A stretch of DNA of 64,000 bases from Deinococcus cellulosilyticus NBRC 106333 = KACC 11606 (GCF_007990775.1 NZ_BJXB01000015.1:89053-153052), one strand, 5' to 3'. Positions 18,052 to 28,240 are shown, counted from the first letter of the stretch. Notes: generated from the letters alone by a model not told the origin. Numbers and translations are program-made.

Positions 18052-19250
18052 CTGTTCACCTCGTCTTTGAAGAACTGCCGCTGGACCAGCACCACCAGCA
18101 GGGTGAGGACCGCGAGGATCATGGCTGCAGCACTCGCCATGCCCGCGAGCGAACTTCCTCCACGGAATGAATAATTGTAGATGTAGTAAGAGAGGGTGAT
18201 GATGGAATCAAGAGGGGCTGCATCCCCGATCACCTTCACCTGGTCGAACATCTGCAACGTCCCAATCAGGCTGATGGTCACCGCATAAAAAGTCACGGGT
18301 TGCAGCTGTGGAACGGTCACATACCAGAACTTCTGACCAGGGGTGGCTCCATCGAGTTCTGCTGCTTCATACAGGCTGGTGGGAATGCCCTGGAGACCGG
18401 CCAGAAAGAACAGCATCAGGGTCGGAATGGTGGTGAAGGTGTTCATCAGGATGATGAAGAGCAACGGAATGGGGAGCAAGCCAAAGAGTTTGTCGGTGTT
18501 GTACACCCAGTCGAAATCAAAAGTGGCGACATCTCTGGGCTGAATCCATCCCATGAAGCTTGCGACCAGCACCGCAATGCCCCCGATGGCTGCACTGATC
18601 CACAGCAGGAGAGGATCGGACCAGTGCACGTAGGTCACCCTGCGAATCCGGGCCAGCGCATCGAAAGACGTGGCTTCCCTGTGCTCTGGAACGTAATTTT
18701 TCGCTTCACGCAGCCGCTCGAAAATCACCTGAATGATCTGCGCCACCACCAGCACCACCACAAACAGCACGATGTGCGGGGTGTACTGGGTGAACTGGGT
18801 GGTCAGGTAATTGGCAATCCCTTTCTTCTGAAAGAGCCACAGGAAGACCAGGGTGATCACCACCGAACTGGTGATGGATGGCATGTAGTACGCAGACCGG
18901 AAGAACATCAGACCCCGAATGCGCTGGTTCAGCACCACTGCGAGCAGCAGGGCACCTGCAGTCTGCAAGGTGGTGGTGACAAAGCTGAAGAGCAGGGTGT
19001 TGGTCAAAGCAATTCTGAATTTGTCGTCCTGAAAAATGTTGATGTACGATTTCAAACCCACGAACTTCGGAGGGTTGAACAGGTCGTAATCGGTGAAGCT
19101 GAAGTACACTGCCCGCACAAAACCGTAGAAGAAGAAAACCAGCAGGGTCAGCAGAAAAGGGGCCAGAAAGGCATACGCAGTGAGGGTGTCCCGGCGGACC
19201 CTCATCTTCTCTGGAGACTTGGGGGATGCTTTGACTCGGGTGTTCAACAT
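18048..19250 (-). CDS. Carbohydrate ABC transporter permease (MalF-like)
   Basis: EAA loop LYEAAELDGATPG. Start chosen at the internal ATG (MLNTRVK...). Overlaps the downstream permease by 4 nt. Confidence 0.8.
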   Translation of the reverse strand: MLNTRVKASPKSPEKMRVRRDTLTAYAFLAPFLLTLLVFFFYGFVRAVYFSFTDYDLFNPPKFVGLKSYINIFQDDKFRIALTNTLLFSFVTTTLQTAGALLLAVVLNQRIRGLMFFRSAYYMPSITSSVVITLVFLWLFQKKGIANYLTTQFTQYTPHIVLFVVVLVVAQIIQVIFERLREAKNYVPEHREATSFDALARIRRVTYVHWSDPLLLWISAAIGGIAVLVASFMGWIQPRDVATFDFDWVYNTDKLFGLLPIPLLFIILMNTFTTIPTLMLFFLAGLQGIPTSLYEAAELDGATPGQKFWYVTVPQLQPVTFYAVTISLIGTLQMFDQVKVIGDAAPLDSIITLSYYIYNYSFRGGSSLAGMASAAAMILAVLTLLVVLVQRQFFKDEVNR

Positions 19251-19365
19251 GACCTTTTCCTTGAGATGGCCCTTCTCAGGCACTCCCAATGGGGAACGCC
19301 TGAGAAGGAAAGGAAGGAAGTGGAGGGTGGACCTCACCGCACCTGTGCGAGCGAGGTGAGGTTTT

Positions 19366-20589
19366 TTAGCGTTTCATCACCGAGTTCAGGTCAGCCTGGG
19401 CTTTCTTCAGGGCCTCGTCGGTGGTGGACTTGCCGCTCATCACGGCCTGCAGGGCGGCGTTCACGGGGGTCATCCAGTCGCCACCGTACTGCTTGAAGCT
19501 GTACCCGTACACGTAGCCATCGCTGGCCCCCTGGAACACCACTTTGGCGTTCACAGCCTCCTGGGTGGTCTTGTTGAAGTAGGCGTTGCTCTGCAGGCTG
19601 GTGCGGCTCGGGATCGCCAGACCTTCGGTGAGGATGAACTGCTGGGTTTTCTCACTGGTCAGCAGGTCGAGCACCTTCAGGGCAGCAGCCTGGTTTTTGG
19701 ATTCCTTGTTCACAGCCCAGCCCACGGTGTAGATGAAGTTGCCGCGTTTTTTGGTCTTGTCGTTTCTGGGCAGGGGGGCGGTGCCGTATTTCAGGTTGGG
19801 GGCGTTGTCGCGCAGGAAGCCCGAGATCCAGGCCCCTTCGATGGCCGCTGCGACCTTGCCGCCTCCAAAGCATCCACCAGACCAGCCCTGGGAAAGGTCA
19901 GAGGGCAGAATGGCGGTTTTGTCTTTCACCAGTCCGGTGTAGAAGTTGAAGGCTTCTTTGAACCGGGGATCGAGCAGGTTGCTGTTCCCTTTGGTGTCAA
20001 AGGTTTTCCAGCCGGTGGCAAAGGCGAAAGCACCAAATCGGGCGAAGTCTGCAGGCAGGCAGATGCCGTAATAGTCGTTTCCAAGTGCTTTCTTGACCTT
20101 GCGCAGTTTGTCGGCAAAGGTGCTCCAGGTGTCGTTCTCGTTGGGGTAGGGAACGTCCGCCTCATCAAAGAGGTCTTTGTTGTAGGTGATCGCAAGAGAG
20201 TTGAAATCCTTGGCCACTGCATACACCTTGCCCGAGTCGGTGAAGGCCTTGACCAGGGTGGGCAGGAAGGGTCTGGTGTTCACCTTGCCGTTTAAGGGAA
20301 GAAGTTTGCCGGTCTTGATGAACCCCGGAGCCACGAAGATGTCGATGTACATCAGGTCTCCGGCGGTTCCGCTTGACAGGGCGTTGGTCAGCGCAGCGTT
20401 GAAATCCCCCTGGAAGGGCTCAAACACCGCTTTGATGCCCTCTTTGGCCAGCGCAGGGTTCACGATCTTGTTCAGCAGGTCGTTGACGATGGCCACATCG
20501 GCCCCGGCGAATCCATTGAGCTTCACGACGGTTTCGGCACTGGCGGCACCGGCCAGCAAAGCAGCAGCGAGCAGCAGACTTCTTCTCAT
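19366..20589 (-). CDS. Extracellular solute-binding protein (family 1, maltodextrin/oligosaccharide-type)
   Basis: Signal peptide MRRSLLLAAALLAGAASA, about 400 aa, substrate-binding protein fold. First gene of the operon after the LacI regulator gene. Confidence 0.8.
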   Translation of the reverse strand: MRRSLLLAAALLAGAASAETVVKLNGFAGADVAIVNDLLNKIVNPALAKEGIKAVFEPFQGDFNAALTNALSSGTAGDLMYIDIFVAPGFIKTGKLLPLNGKVNTRPFLPTLVKAFTDSGKVYAVAKDFNSLAITYNKDLFDEADVPYPNENDTWSTFADKLRKVKKALGNDYYGICLPADFARFGAFAFATGWKTFDTKGNSNLLDPRFKEAFNFYTGLVKDKTAILPSDLSQGWSGGCFGGGKVAAAIEGAWISGFLRDNAPNLKYGTAPLPRNDKTKKRGNFIYTVGWAVNKESKNQAAALKVLDLLTSEKTQQFILTEGLAIPSRTSLQSNAYFNKTTQEAVNAKVVFQGASDGYVYGYSFKQYGGDWMTPVNAALQAVMSGKSTTDEALKKAQADLNSVMKR

Positions 20590-20634
20590 GTTTCTCTCCT
20601 CCTATTTGTTCAAACCCCTTATGGGGTTGAGCAA

Positions 20635-21606
20635 TCAAACGGTTGAATCGGGTGGGGGTGCGGTGGTGGTCCCGATCTGGAGTTGCACCGGGACGTACAC
20701 CCCCTGGGGGTCCTCCCCCTCAATGCCGGACAGGGCAAGCTGCACGGCGGCGTGGGCGATGCGGGAAATGTCCTGTGCAATGGTGGTGAGGTTCTGGTTC
20801 GGGAAGGGAAAACCGTCAAAGCCGATCACAGACACATCCCGGGGAACGTTGACCCCGAGGTCCTGCAGTGCTCCAATCGCTCCGATGGCCATTTCGTCAC
20901 TGGCTGCGAAGAGGGCGGTGAAATGGTGTCCTGCTTCCCAGGCCCTGCGAACAGCCCGGTAGGCGTCCAGGGTGTTGAAATGGCCTTCGAGGTCGTGCTC
21001 TGGCTGAAGGTGCAGGCCTGTACCTTTCAGGGCTTCACAGAAACCCTGGCGGCGGTCATCTGCGGCCTGGCTGGGAACCTGGGTGCCCAGAAAGGCGAAT
21101 TCACGGTGGCCCAGTGAAATCAGGTGTTCTGCGGCGAGTTTGCCCCCTTCAAGGTCATCCGGGACCACAAAGAAGTTTCCGGGTTCATGCCCAATCACCA
21201 CAGCAGGAATGTGCTGGGTTTGCAGGTAATCGAGGCGTTTGTGGGTGTGCTGGGCACTGAAAAGCAGCACCGCATTGGGGAGGCGCACATAACTGGAGAG
21301 GTCTTCTTCAAGTTCAATGAACTGGATGCCGAGTTCCTGGGTTTCGCGGGTCAGGGCCCGCCAGATCAGGGCAAAATACGGGCTGATGCGGCTGTCTCCC
21401 TGTCCGATGGAAATGCCGATGGTGTACTTGGAGCGCATGCTCAGCTCACGGGCTGCGGGATCGGGGACAAAGCCCAGGCGGTTCATGACCTCCAGCACTT
21501 TTTCCCGTGTGGCTGCGGCGACGGTGGTTTTTCCGTTGATGACCCGGCTGACGGTGCCTTTGGAGACACCGGACACGCGCGCGATTTCGTCAATGGTGAT
21601 TTTCAT
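20635..21606 (-). CDS. LacI-family transcriptional regulator
   Basis: N-terminal helix-turn-helix IDEIARVSGVSKGTVSRVING plus a periplasmic-binding-protein-like effector domain. Confidence 0.85.
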   Translation of the reverse strand: MKITIDEIARVSGVSKGTVSRVINGKTTVAAATREKVLEVMNRLGFVPDPAARELSMRSKYTIGISIGQGDSRISPYFALIWRALTRETQELGIQFIELEEDLSSYVRLPNAVLLFSAQHTHKRLDYLQTQHIPAVVIGHEPGNFFVVPDDLEGGKLAAEHLISLGHREFAFLGTQVPSQAADDRRQGFCEALKGTGLHLQPEHDLEGHFNTLDAYRAVRRAWEAGHHFTALFAASDEMAIGAIGALQDLGVNVPRDVSVIGFDGFPFPNQNLTTIAQDISRIAHAAVQLALSGIEGEDPQGVYVPVQLQIGTTTAPPPDSTV

Positions 21607-21623
21607 TCTTCCACCTTAGCCTT

Positions 21624-21699
21624 TGTTACCGGTTACAAAACATGGAGACAGAAGTTGCCGCACCTCTGGGAAAGGGAGCATGTCTTGTAACCGGTTACA
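21624..21699. promoter_or_regulatory. Two LacI-type palindromic operator candidates
   Basis: The site at 21686-21699, TGTAACCGGTTACA, is a perfect 14-bp palindrome. The site at 21624-21637, TGTTACCGGTTACA, is the same with one mismatch. Both fit the LacI-family consensus TGtAAnCGnTTaCA. Confidence 0.55.
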
Positions 21700-21929
21700 A
21701 CAACAGTAATAGCACCATCTGCAGGCCCCGTCAAGAGGGGCAGAGATCCCAGAAAAATGAAAATCCTGACAACGCCCTCTCAGAAATCAAAATCCCAGCT
21801 CTTTTTCACTCACTACACTTAGTGGCAGACAGAGCCCATCAGGACAGCTTTACCGCTAATGCAAACACACAAATTCTGGAAACCAAACAAGCTGGACACT
21901 CCTGGCACCCCATGTGCCAGAATTCGACC

Positions 21930-22574
21930 ATGGCTCCTTTACTGATCTTTGACTGCGATGGCGTGCTGGTGGACAGTGAGATCCTCTCCAACCGGGCAGG
22001 TGTGGAACTGCTGGGTGAACTCGGTTTAGAGATCAGTCTGGAAGACCACATCGACCGCTTTGTGGGCAGAAGTGCCGCCGATGTGGAAAAAGAACTCACC
22101 GACCTGCTGGGCCGCCCCCTCCCCGAAAATTACTCCCAGCTGAAAATCCAGCGCACCGCCGAAATCTTCGAACAGGAACTGCAGGCCATCAATGGCATCC
22201 ATGAGGCCCTGGAGAACCTGCCCGGTCCAAAATGCGTGGCCTCTGGAAGCCACCTGACCCGCATCCAGCAATCTCTGCGCCTCACCAGACTCACCCCCTA
22301 CTTTGAGCACATCTTCAGCATCGATCAGGTGAAAAGAGGCAAACCCGCCCCCGACCTCTTTCTGCTGGCTGCGGAAACCCTGGGTTATGCCCCCTCAGAC
22401 TGCCTCGTGATCGAAGACAGCATCACAGGAGTGCAGGCCGCCCGCGCCGCCAACATGCGGGTGCTTGGGTTCACGGGAGGAAGCCATTGCAACCGCACAC
22501 ACGCCCAGAACCTGCTGGATGCAGGTGCAGAGCGGGTGTTTGAGGACATGCGGGGGTTGCCGGGGCTGGTGTGA
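21930..22574 (+). CDS. HAD-IA hydrolase (beta-phosphoglucomutase / sugar-phosphatase-like)
   Basis: Motif I LLIFDCDGVLVDSE, plus motif II, motif III and the K/DD motifs. Start chosen at the internal ATG of track ORF 21642..22574. Confidence 0.75.
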   Translation: MAPLLIFDCDGVLVDSEILSNRAGVELLGELGLEISLEDHIDRFVGRSAADVEKELTDLLGRPLPENYSQLKIQRTAEIFEQELQAINGIHEALENLPGPKCVASGSHLTRIQQSLRLTRLTPYFEHIFSIDQVKRGKPAPDLFLLAAETLGYAPSDCLVIEDSITGVQAARAANMRVLGFTGGSHCNRTHAQNLLDAGAERVFEDMRGLPGLV

Positions 22575-22585
22575 GGAGGCCTTTT

Positions 22586-22808
22586 GCCGAGGGCTTAGAG
22601 CCGAGGGCAAAAGACAGAAAACAGTCATGCAGTGTGAAGGGACTCAGGCTCAGGTGCACAAATGTTTCCCGGCTGGGAATGAACATGACCTGCTGTTCAT
22701 CACCCTGCTGCTGGTCTCAAGAAAACAAGACCAGCAGCAATTCTTTTGTCAGCTTCTTGTGCAGGACAGAGGGGTGTAGCTCTCGGCCCTCGGCTCTCGG
22801 CCCTCGGC
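22586..22808. repeat. Intergenic element bounded by inverted heptamer-repeat arrays; candidate miniature repeat element
   Basis: Left end GCCGAGGGCTTAGAGCCGAGGGC at 22586-22608, right end GCTCTCGGCCCTCGGCTCTCGGCCCTCGGC at 22779-22808. About 170 bp of AT-richer interior carries only low-complexity ORFs. Confidence 0.55.
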
Positions 22809-22832
22809 AAAAGGCTGCTCGCAGCCTTCCCC

Positions 22833-23780
22833 TTACCTGATCCCCTTCGTCAGGTACGCATTGCTGTAGAAATCACTGGCCTTTGCAGTGGCAGGCACTT
22901 TGCCCAGGTTTTTCAGGACATTCACGGCTTTTGCCCAGGAACTGGGGTCGCTGTAGCCCAGCGCGGTTTTGTTGGTGTAACTGCTGCGCATCAGGTTGAT
23001 GGAGGCGTTCAGGACGCTGATGTCTCCTCCTGCGCTGCCGAAGTACTTCTTGCCGACCTCAAAAGCTTTCTGGGGGTTGCTCACGGTGTAGGCCAGACCC
23101 TTCTGGGTGGCCCTGAGGATTTTCTGCAGGGTCACGCGGTCTTTCAGCAGACGGTCAGACACGATCACGCCGTTTCCCACCATCGGGTAAGCACTGGTGA
23201 GGTCCAGGGTGTTCACCTTGGTGTTCTGCTGCCTCAGGATCAGGGGCTCATTGTTGATGAAGCCGAGTGCAGCGTCCACCCGCCCGGCTTTCACGGCCTC
23301 AAGCTGGGTGAAGCCGATGGGGGCAATCTGCAGGTCGGTTTCCTTGATCTTGTTCTTGGCCAGCAGGGCCTGCAGGGCAATGTAGGATGCTCCGAAAGCT
23401 CCAGGAATGCCCAGCGTTTTGCCTTTCAGGTCACTGGCCTTCACGATGTCCTTGCTCGAAAGGCTGAAGATGGTGACGGGAAGCTTCTGGTACATGGCCA
23501 GCACGTATTTCACCTTCGCACCCTGGGCCTGTGCGAAGATGGCGTCTTCAGCATCGCCCACCACGGCGTCAATTTTTCCCTGCAGCAGGAGGGGCATCAG
23601 TTCAGAGACAAAACCGTGTTTGAATTCCACTTCAAAGCCCTCTGACTTGTAGTGACCCATGGCATCAGCAGCATAAAAAGGGGTGAATTGCACGTTGGGG
23701 ATGTAACCCAGACCGATGGTCAGGGGTTTGGCAGCTGCCACACCGGTCAGCAGCAATGTTAAGAGCGCGGCATGTTTCAT
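22833..23780 (-). CDS. ABC transporter substrate-binding protein, NMT1/THI5 (NitT/TauT, SsuA-like) family
   Basis: The signal peptide MKHAALLTLLLTGVAAA and an SsuA/THI5-like fold support the call. Confidence 0.75.
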   Translation of the reverse strand: MKHAALLTLLLTGVAAAKPLTIGLGYIPNVQFTPFYAADAMGHYKSEGFEVEFKHGFVSELMPLLLQGKIDAVVGDAEDAIFAQAQGAKVKYVLAMYQKLPVTIFSLSSKDIVKASDLKGKTLGIPGAFGASYIALQALLAKNKIKETDLQIAPIGFTQLEAVKAGRVDAALGFINNEPLILRQQNTKVNTLDLTSAYPMVGNGVIVSDRLLKDRVTLQKILRATQKGLAYTVSNPQKAFEVGKKYFGSAGGDISVLNASINLMRSSYTNKTALGYSDPSSWAKAVNVLKNLGKVPATAKASDFYSNAYLTKGIR

Positions 23781-23859
23781 GGGTTACATTGTACGATTCC
23801 CTCAGATTCCCAAATGGAAGTTGCCTGAGTTGACACTGCAGCCCATTCACGTTTTGTTG

Positions 23860-25323
23860 TCATTTGCTGCGCCTGCGGTATTTCAAAACGGCCCTCTCCA
23901 GCAGGGTCACCACCAGATAAAGTCCGGCTCCCAGGGTGGTGAGGAGCAGAATCGCTGCGAACATGCGTGGGGTGTTGTAATAGGCCCTCGCCTGGTTGAT
24001 GGCCGCACCCAGGCCAGGAGCGTTGCTGACAAACTCCCACACCACTGCACCAATCAGGGCAAGGCTTGCTGTCAGTTTCAGGCCCCCAAGCAGCACAGGA
24101 AGGGCACCCGGAGCTTCCAGCAACCACAACCTCTGCCAGAACGAGGCTTTCAGGGTGTCAAAGTACTCGTGGTAGTTGTTTTCGACTTCACGCACCCCGG
24201 TCATGGTGGCAATCATCACCGGATAAAATGCCGTGAGCGTCGCTGCAACCACAGCAGGGGCCGTCCCGAAACCAAGCCAGATGATGAGCAAGGGGGCAAT
24301 GGCAATGATCGGGGTGCTCTGGCTTGCCACCAGAAAAGGGGAGAAGATGCGTTCCAGCATCGGGAAACGGCCCAGCGGATATCCCAGGATGATGCCCATC
24401 ACCATGCCGCAGGCAATGCCCATCAGGGTGGTGCGCAAAGTCAGGAGCATCTGGCTGTACAGTTCTCCCCAGGCCGTCTGCAATTCGACCAGCACTTTCA
24501 GTGGACTGGGCAGTGAAAAAGCATTCTGGGTGAAGCTCAGGAGGTGCCAGATCAGCAGAAAAACCAGCAGGGCCAGGAGGGCCAGCCATCCCTCAACACG
24601 CATTTTTCTGGAGGGAGGGGTGTTGCTGAGCAGGGTGGAGTTCCCCTCTCCCAGAAGCTCCCTGAGTTGCGCTTCAATTCCGTCTGTGTAGGCACTGACC
24701 CGGCCTTCCAGTCTTGTGTCGATGATGTCGGCAATCCCCCCATTTTTCACCACCACCACCCGGTCGGCCAGATACACCGCCTCACGGATCGAGTGGGTCA
24801 CGAACAGGATGGTGCGGCGGTCCTTGCGGTGAAGCCGCCTCAATTCCGCATTGAACCTCTCGCGCACCAGGGCATCCAGCGCAGCAAAAGGCTCATCCAT
24901 CAGGATGATCTCACTGTCCTGCGCCAGGGCACGGGCCACTGCCACCCGGGCCTGCATTCCTCCAGAAAGTTCTGCAGGGTACAGGTCGTGGTACTGGTCC
25001 ATCCCCACCTGCTTGAGGGCCTCCCGGGGCTCCATCCCTTTGCGCTGCACCTCACGGGGCAGGTTGACGTTTTTCAGCACGGTTCGCCACGGCAGCAGGC
25101 GATAATTCTGGAACACAAAAGCGGGCTGGGAGCAGACCTTCACAGTCCCCTGTTTGGGCTTCAGCAGTCCAGCAATCACCCTGAGGAGGGTGCTTTTCCC
25201 CCCACCACTTGCCCCGATGATGGCAATGAATTCACCAGATTCTACCGTCAGATCGACGTTTCTCAGCACATCCCGGCCATTGAGTTCGATGGCAATGTCT
25301 TTCAGCTCAATGGCCTTGTTCAT
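23860..25323 (-). CDS. Fused ABC transporter ATP-binding and permease protein (NitT/TauT family)
   Basis: N-terminal nucleotide-binding domain with Walker [10 protein letters not shown], signature LSGGMQ and Walker B ILMDEP. It is followed in the same frame by a transmembrane domain of six predicted helices with an EAA-like loop. Confidence 0.8.
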   Translation of the reverse strand: MNKAIELKDIAIELNGRDVLRNVDLTVESGEFIAIIGASGGGKSTLLRVIAGLLKPKQGTVKVCSQPAFVFQNYRLLPWRTVLKNVNLPREVQRKGMEPREALKQVGMDQYHDLYPAELSGGMQARVAVARALAQDSEIILMDEPFAALDALVRERFNAELRRLHRKDRRTILFVTHSIREAVYLADRVVVVKNGGIADIIDTRLEGRVSAYTDGIEAQLRELLGEGNSTLLSNTPPSRKMRVEGWLALLALLVFLLIWHLLSFTQNAFSLPSPLKVLVELQTAWGELYSQMLLTLRTTLMGIACGMVMGIILGYPLGRFPMLERIFSPFLVASQSTPIIAIAPLLIIWLGFGTAPAVVAATLTAFYPVMIATMTGVREVENNYHEYFDTLKASFWQRLWLLEAPGALPVLLGGLKLTASLALIGAVVWEFVSNAPGLGAAINQARAYYNTPRMFAAILLLTTLGAGLYLVVTLLERAVLKYRRRSK

Positions 25324-25387
25324 GGTTAGCAGTGTATGAGAGTGAGAAGGTGGGGTCTAGGGGCAAATCACATTTGGCAGAAGGAAG

Positions 25388-25509
25388 CCGAGGGCCGAGG
25401 GCTTAAATGCTTCGCCTGCAGGTCAAAAGCCAATGGCTTGCTTGTTTTTGTGATGCAAGCACATGCTCAAGCCTGTTTTGCTCTCGGCCCTGTGCCCTGT
25501 GCCCTCGGC
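25388..25509. repeat. Second inverted heptamer-repeat-bounded element
   Basis: GCCGAGGGCCGAGGGC at 25388-25403 and GCTCTCGGCCCTGTGCCCTGTGCCCTCGGC at 25480-25509. The interior holds the hairpin GCTTGC-ttgtttttgtgat-GCAAGC. Confidence 0.5.
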
Positions 25510-26363
25510 TTCCCCAGCGTGTTCACAATGATCACCCCAACCAGTGCAATCCCACCCCCGATGATGGAGATGTGACTGGGCACCTCATGCACCCAGAAAT
25601 ACGAGATCAGGATGGCGAGGACCGGAGACACGTACAGAAAGCTGGTGGTGATGTTGGCAGGCACGCGGCTCAAGGCAAAGGTCCAGGTCAGGTAGGCGAG
25701 GGCTGCAGGGAAAATCCCGATGTAGATCACAGCCCAGTTGGCACTGGCAGGAGCAGCCCGGATTTCTTCTGGCAGGCCGGGCAAGGAGACCAGCATCGGA
25801 ACCGTCCCGAACACCAGAGACCACACCGTGAACTGCCTGGAAGGGTATTTTTTCAGCAGCGGTTTTTGCAGCACGAAGTACAGCGAGGTCACAAAAGCTG
25901 ACAGCAGGATCAACAAGGCCCCCTGGGTGAAGCTCAGGTCTGCTTCTTTTCCCAGCACAATCAGGGTGACCCCTGAAATGCTCACTGCAATCCCAAGCCA
26001 TCCCAGCCAGTTCAGACGTTCCCCCAGCCAGAAGGTGGCCATCAGGGCCGTGAACACGGGACCGGCAGCAATGATCAGGCTTGCCACACCTGCCGGAACC
26101 GTGAGCTCTCCAAAATTCAGGGCGTAATGGTAGATGGTGATCCCCAGAATCGACACCCCGAAAATCCTGGGCACGTCTTTCCACTCCGGGAAAGGAATCC
26201 GCGCCACTGCTGCGTAAACCAGCAGCACTGCACTCGCCACCAGAAAACGGTAGACGGTGAGGTGCTCGGGGGTGAAGTGATCCAGCCCTGCCTTGATTCC
26301 AGCAAAAGAAGAAGCCCAGAAGAGAATGGTCACCAGAATGGCAGTCAGGCTGAGGGGGTCCAT
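25467..26363 (-). CDS. DMT-superfamily (EamA) transporter
   Basis: Ten TM segments in two EamA repeats. The C-terminal tail is encoded by the heptamer repeat element. Start chosen at MDPLSL. Confidence 0.7.
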   Translation of the reverse strand: MDPLSLTAILVTILFWASSFAGIKAGLDHFTPEHLTVYRFLVASAVLLVYAAVARIPFPEWKDVPRIFGVSILGITIYHYALNFGELTVPAGVASLIIAAGPVFTALMATFWLGERLNWLGWLGIAVSISGVTLIVLGKEADLSFTQGALLILLSAFVTSLYFVLQKPLLKKYPSRQFTVWSLVFGTVPMLVSLPGLPEEIRAAPASANWAVIYIGIFPAALAYLTWTFALSRVPANITTSFLYVSPVLAILISYFWVHEVPSHISIIGGGIALVGVIIVNTLGKPRAQGTGPRAKQA

Positions 26364-26719
26364 AGGGGCATCATAACCCGCACCCTTGCACGGTCTCTCA
26401 GCGAAATAGCCCAGCATTGTTACCGTGCATTGTTACTGTCTGGGGAGGGGAGGGGAATAACGTTACTGTTTGCTGGCCGGGAAGTGAGAGTGCCGAGTGC
26501 AAAGAGCCTAGAGCAATTGCAAATGTTCCGCTGATGGCTTGTAAGGGCATAGGTTCTGCACAGTTTATTCTTGATCAAGATCTCTGGCATGTGCTTTTTA
26601 AATGCCTTGCATTCCCCTTCATCAGCTGGAATGACCAATTCCTGCATTGCTGCCCTCGGCTCTCGGCTTCCTGCCTTTTCCGTACAAATGACGTGAAATC
26701 CACCTTCCCAGGTCTTAGC

Positions 26720-28240
26720 ATGAAGTTTATGAACCTGGAGTACGTACAGAGAATCCTCGGAAGCCGCGTCTATGACGTGGCCAGAGAGACCGCGCTTGAC
26801 TTCGCCCGTGGCCTGTCAGACCGGCTCGGGAACACCATCTACTTCAAGCGTGAAGACACCCAGCCTGTGCATTCCTTCAAGCTCAGGGGCGCTTACAACA
26901 AGATGGCCACGCTCAGTGAAGAGGAACGGGCCAGAGGGGTGATTTGCGCCTCTGCGGGAAATCATGCGCAGGGGGTGGCGTTCAGTGCCCAGAAGATGGG
27001 TGTCCGGGCGGTCATCGTGATGCCTGCCACCACCCCGGACATCAAGGTGCAGGCTGTGCGAGGGTATGGCGCAGAAGTGGTGCTGCATGGAGACAGTTAC
27101 AGCGATGCTGAAGCCCATGCCTACCAGCTTCAGGCCGAGCATGGCCTGACTTTTGTTCACCCTTACGATGACCCTTATGTCATTGCCGGACAGGGGACCA
27201 TCGGTCTGGAAATCCTGCAGCAGTGCCGTGCCCAGAAATACACGGTCTTTGTGCCCATCGGTGGGGGCGGTCTGGCTGCCGGGATTGCGGTGCTGCTCAA
27301 AAGTGTCAACCCGGACATCAAAATTGTTGCCGTGGAACCGGAAGATTCCGATGCCATGACCCGCAGTGTGGAAGCTGGAGAGCGGGTCACCCTCTCCCAG
27401 GTCGGAATTTTTGTGGATGGGGTCGCAGTGAAGCGCGTCGGGGAACACACCTTCAATCTGGTGCGCCAGTATGTGGACGAGTACGTGCGGGTCTCCACCG
27501 ACGAGGTGTGCGCGGCCATCAAGGACATCTTTGATGACACCCGCGCCGTGCAGGAACCTGCAGGTGCTCTTGCCACGGCAGGCCTGACCCGTTACGTGCG
27601 GGAAAAAGGCATTCAGGGGGAGACCCTGGTGGCCCTCACCTGTGGTGCGAACATCAACTTCAACCGCCTGCGCCATGTGGCAGAACGGGCCAATGTCGGT
27701 GAGCAGAAAGAAGCCATCATCGCCGTCACCATTCCCGAGCGTCCCGGGGCTTTCAAAGGGTTCATTCGTGCACTTGGGAAACGCAACATCACCGAGTTCA
27801 ATTACCGCTATGCGCCCACTGCAGAAGCCCACATTTTTGTGGGGGTGCAGATGGAGCAGCCCAGAGACAAGCAGCAGATCATCGAGGACCTGCGTGCCCT
27901 CGATTATGCGGTCACGGATCTCAGTCAGGATGAACTGGCCGCTGTCCATGTGCGACACATGGTGGGAGGGCGGGCTCCAGAGGCAGAAAACGAGCGCATC
28001 TACAGCTTCGTTTTTCCTGAGCGGCCTGGTGCCCTGTCGGATTTTCTGGAGGCCATGCAGGCCACCTGGAACATCAGCCTGTTCCACTACCGCAACCACG
28101 GCAGTTCCCACGGACGGGTCCTGTGTGGCATTCAGGTGCCCGATGGAGACCTGGACGCCTTCCAGACCTTCCTGGATCGCCTGGGTTACGAGTACCAGTG
28201 CCAGGAGAACAACCCGGCCTACAAACTGTTTCTCAGGTAA
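26720..28240 (+). CDS. ilvA: Threonine dehydratase, biosynthetic (two C-terminal regulatory ACT-like domains)
   Basis: PLP site FKLRGAYN, ...SAGNHAQGVA... and a tandem C-terminal regulatory-domain pair. Start chosen at MKFMNLEY within track ORF 26417..28240. Confidence 0.9.
   Translation: MKFMNLEYVQRILGSRVYDVARETALDFARGLSDRLGNTIYFKREDTQPVHSFKLRGAYNKMATLSEEERARGVICASAGNHAQGVAFSAQKMGVRAVIVMPATTPDIKVQAVRGYGAEVVLHGDSYSDAEAHAYQLQAEHGLTFVHPYDDPYVIAGQGTIGLEILQQCRAQKYTVFVPIGGGGLAAGIAVLLKSVNPDIKIVAVEPEDSDAMTRSVEAGERVTLSQVGIFVDGVAVKRVGEHTFNLVRQYVDEYVRVSTDEVCAAIKDIFDDTRAVQEPAGALATAGLTRYVREKGIQGETLVALTCGANINFNRLRHVAERANVGEQKEAIIAVTIPERPGAFKGFIRALGKRNITEFNYRYAPTAEAHIFVGVQMEQPRDKQQIIEDLRALDYAVTDLSQDELAAVHVRHMVGGRAPEAENERIYSFVFPERPGALSDFLEAMQATWNISLFHYRNHGSSHGRVLCGIQVPDGDLDAFQTFLDRLGYEYQCQENNPAYKLFLR

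Noticed and set aside
16450-18174. 574-aa ORF on the plus strand
   Set aside because: It is antisense to the MalG-like permease gene and rich in His, Gly, Gln and Arg, as is typical of GC-rich antisense frames. It has no domains.
22571-22840. 89-aa and 104-aa ORFs between the HAD gene and the NMT1 binding-protein gene
   Set aside because: They lie within the inverted-heptamer-bounded repeat element, with no ribosome-binding site or domain.
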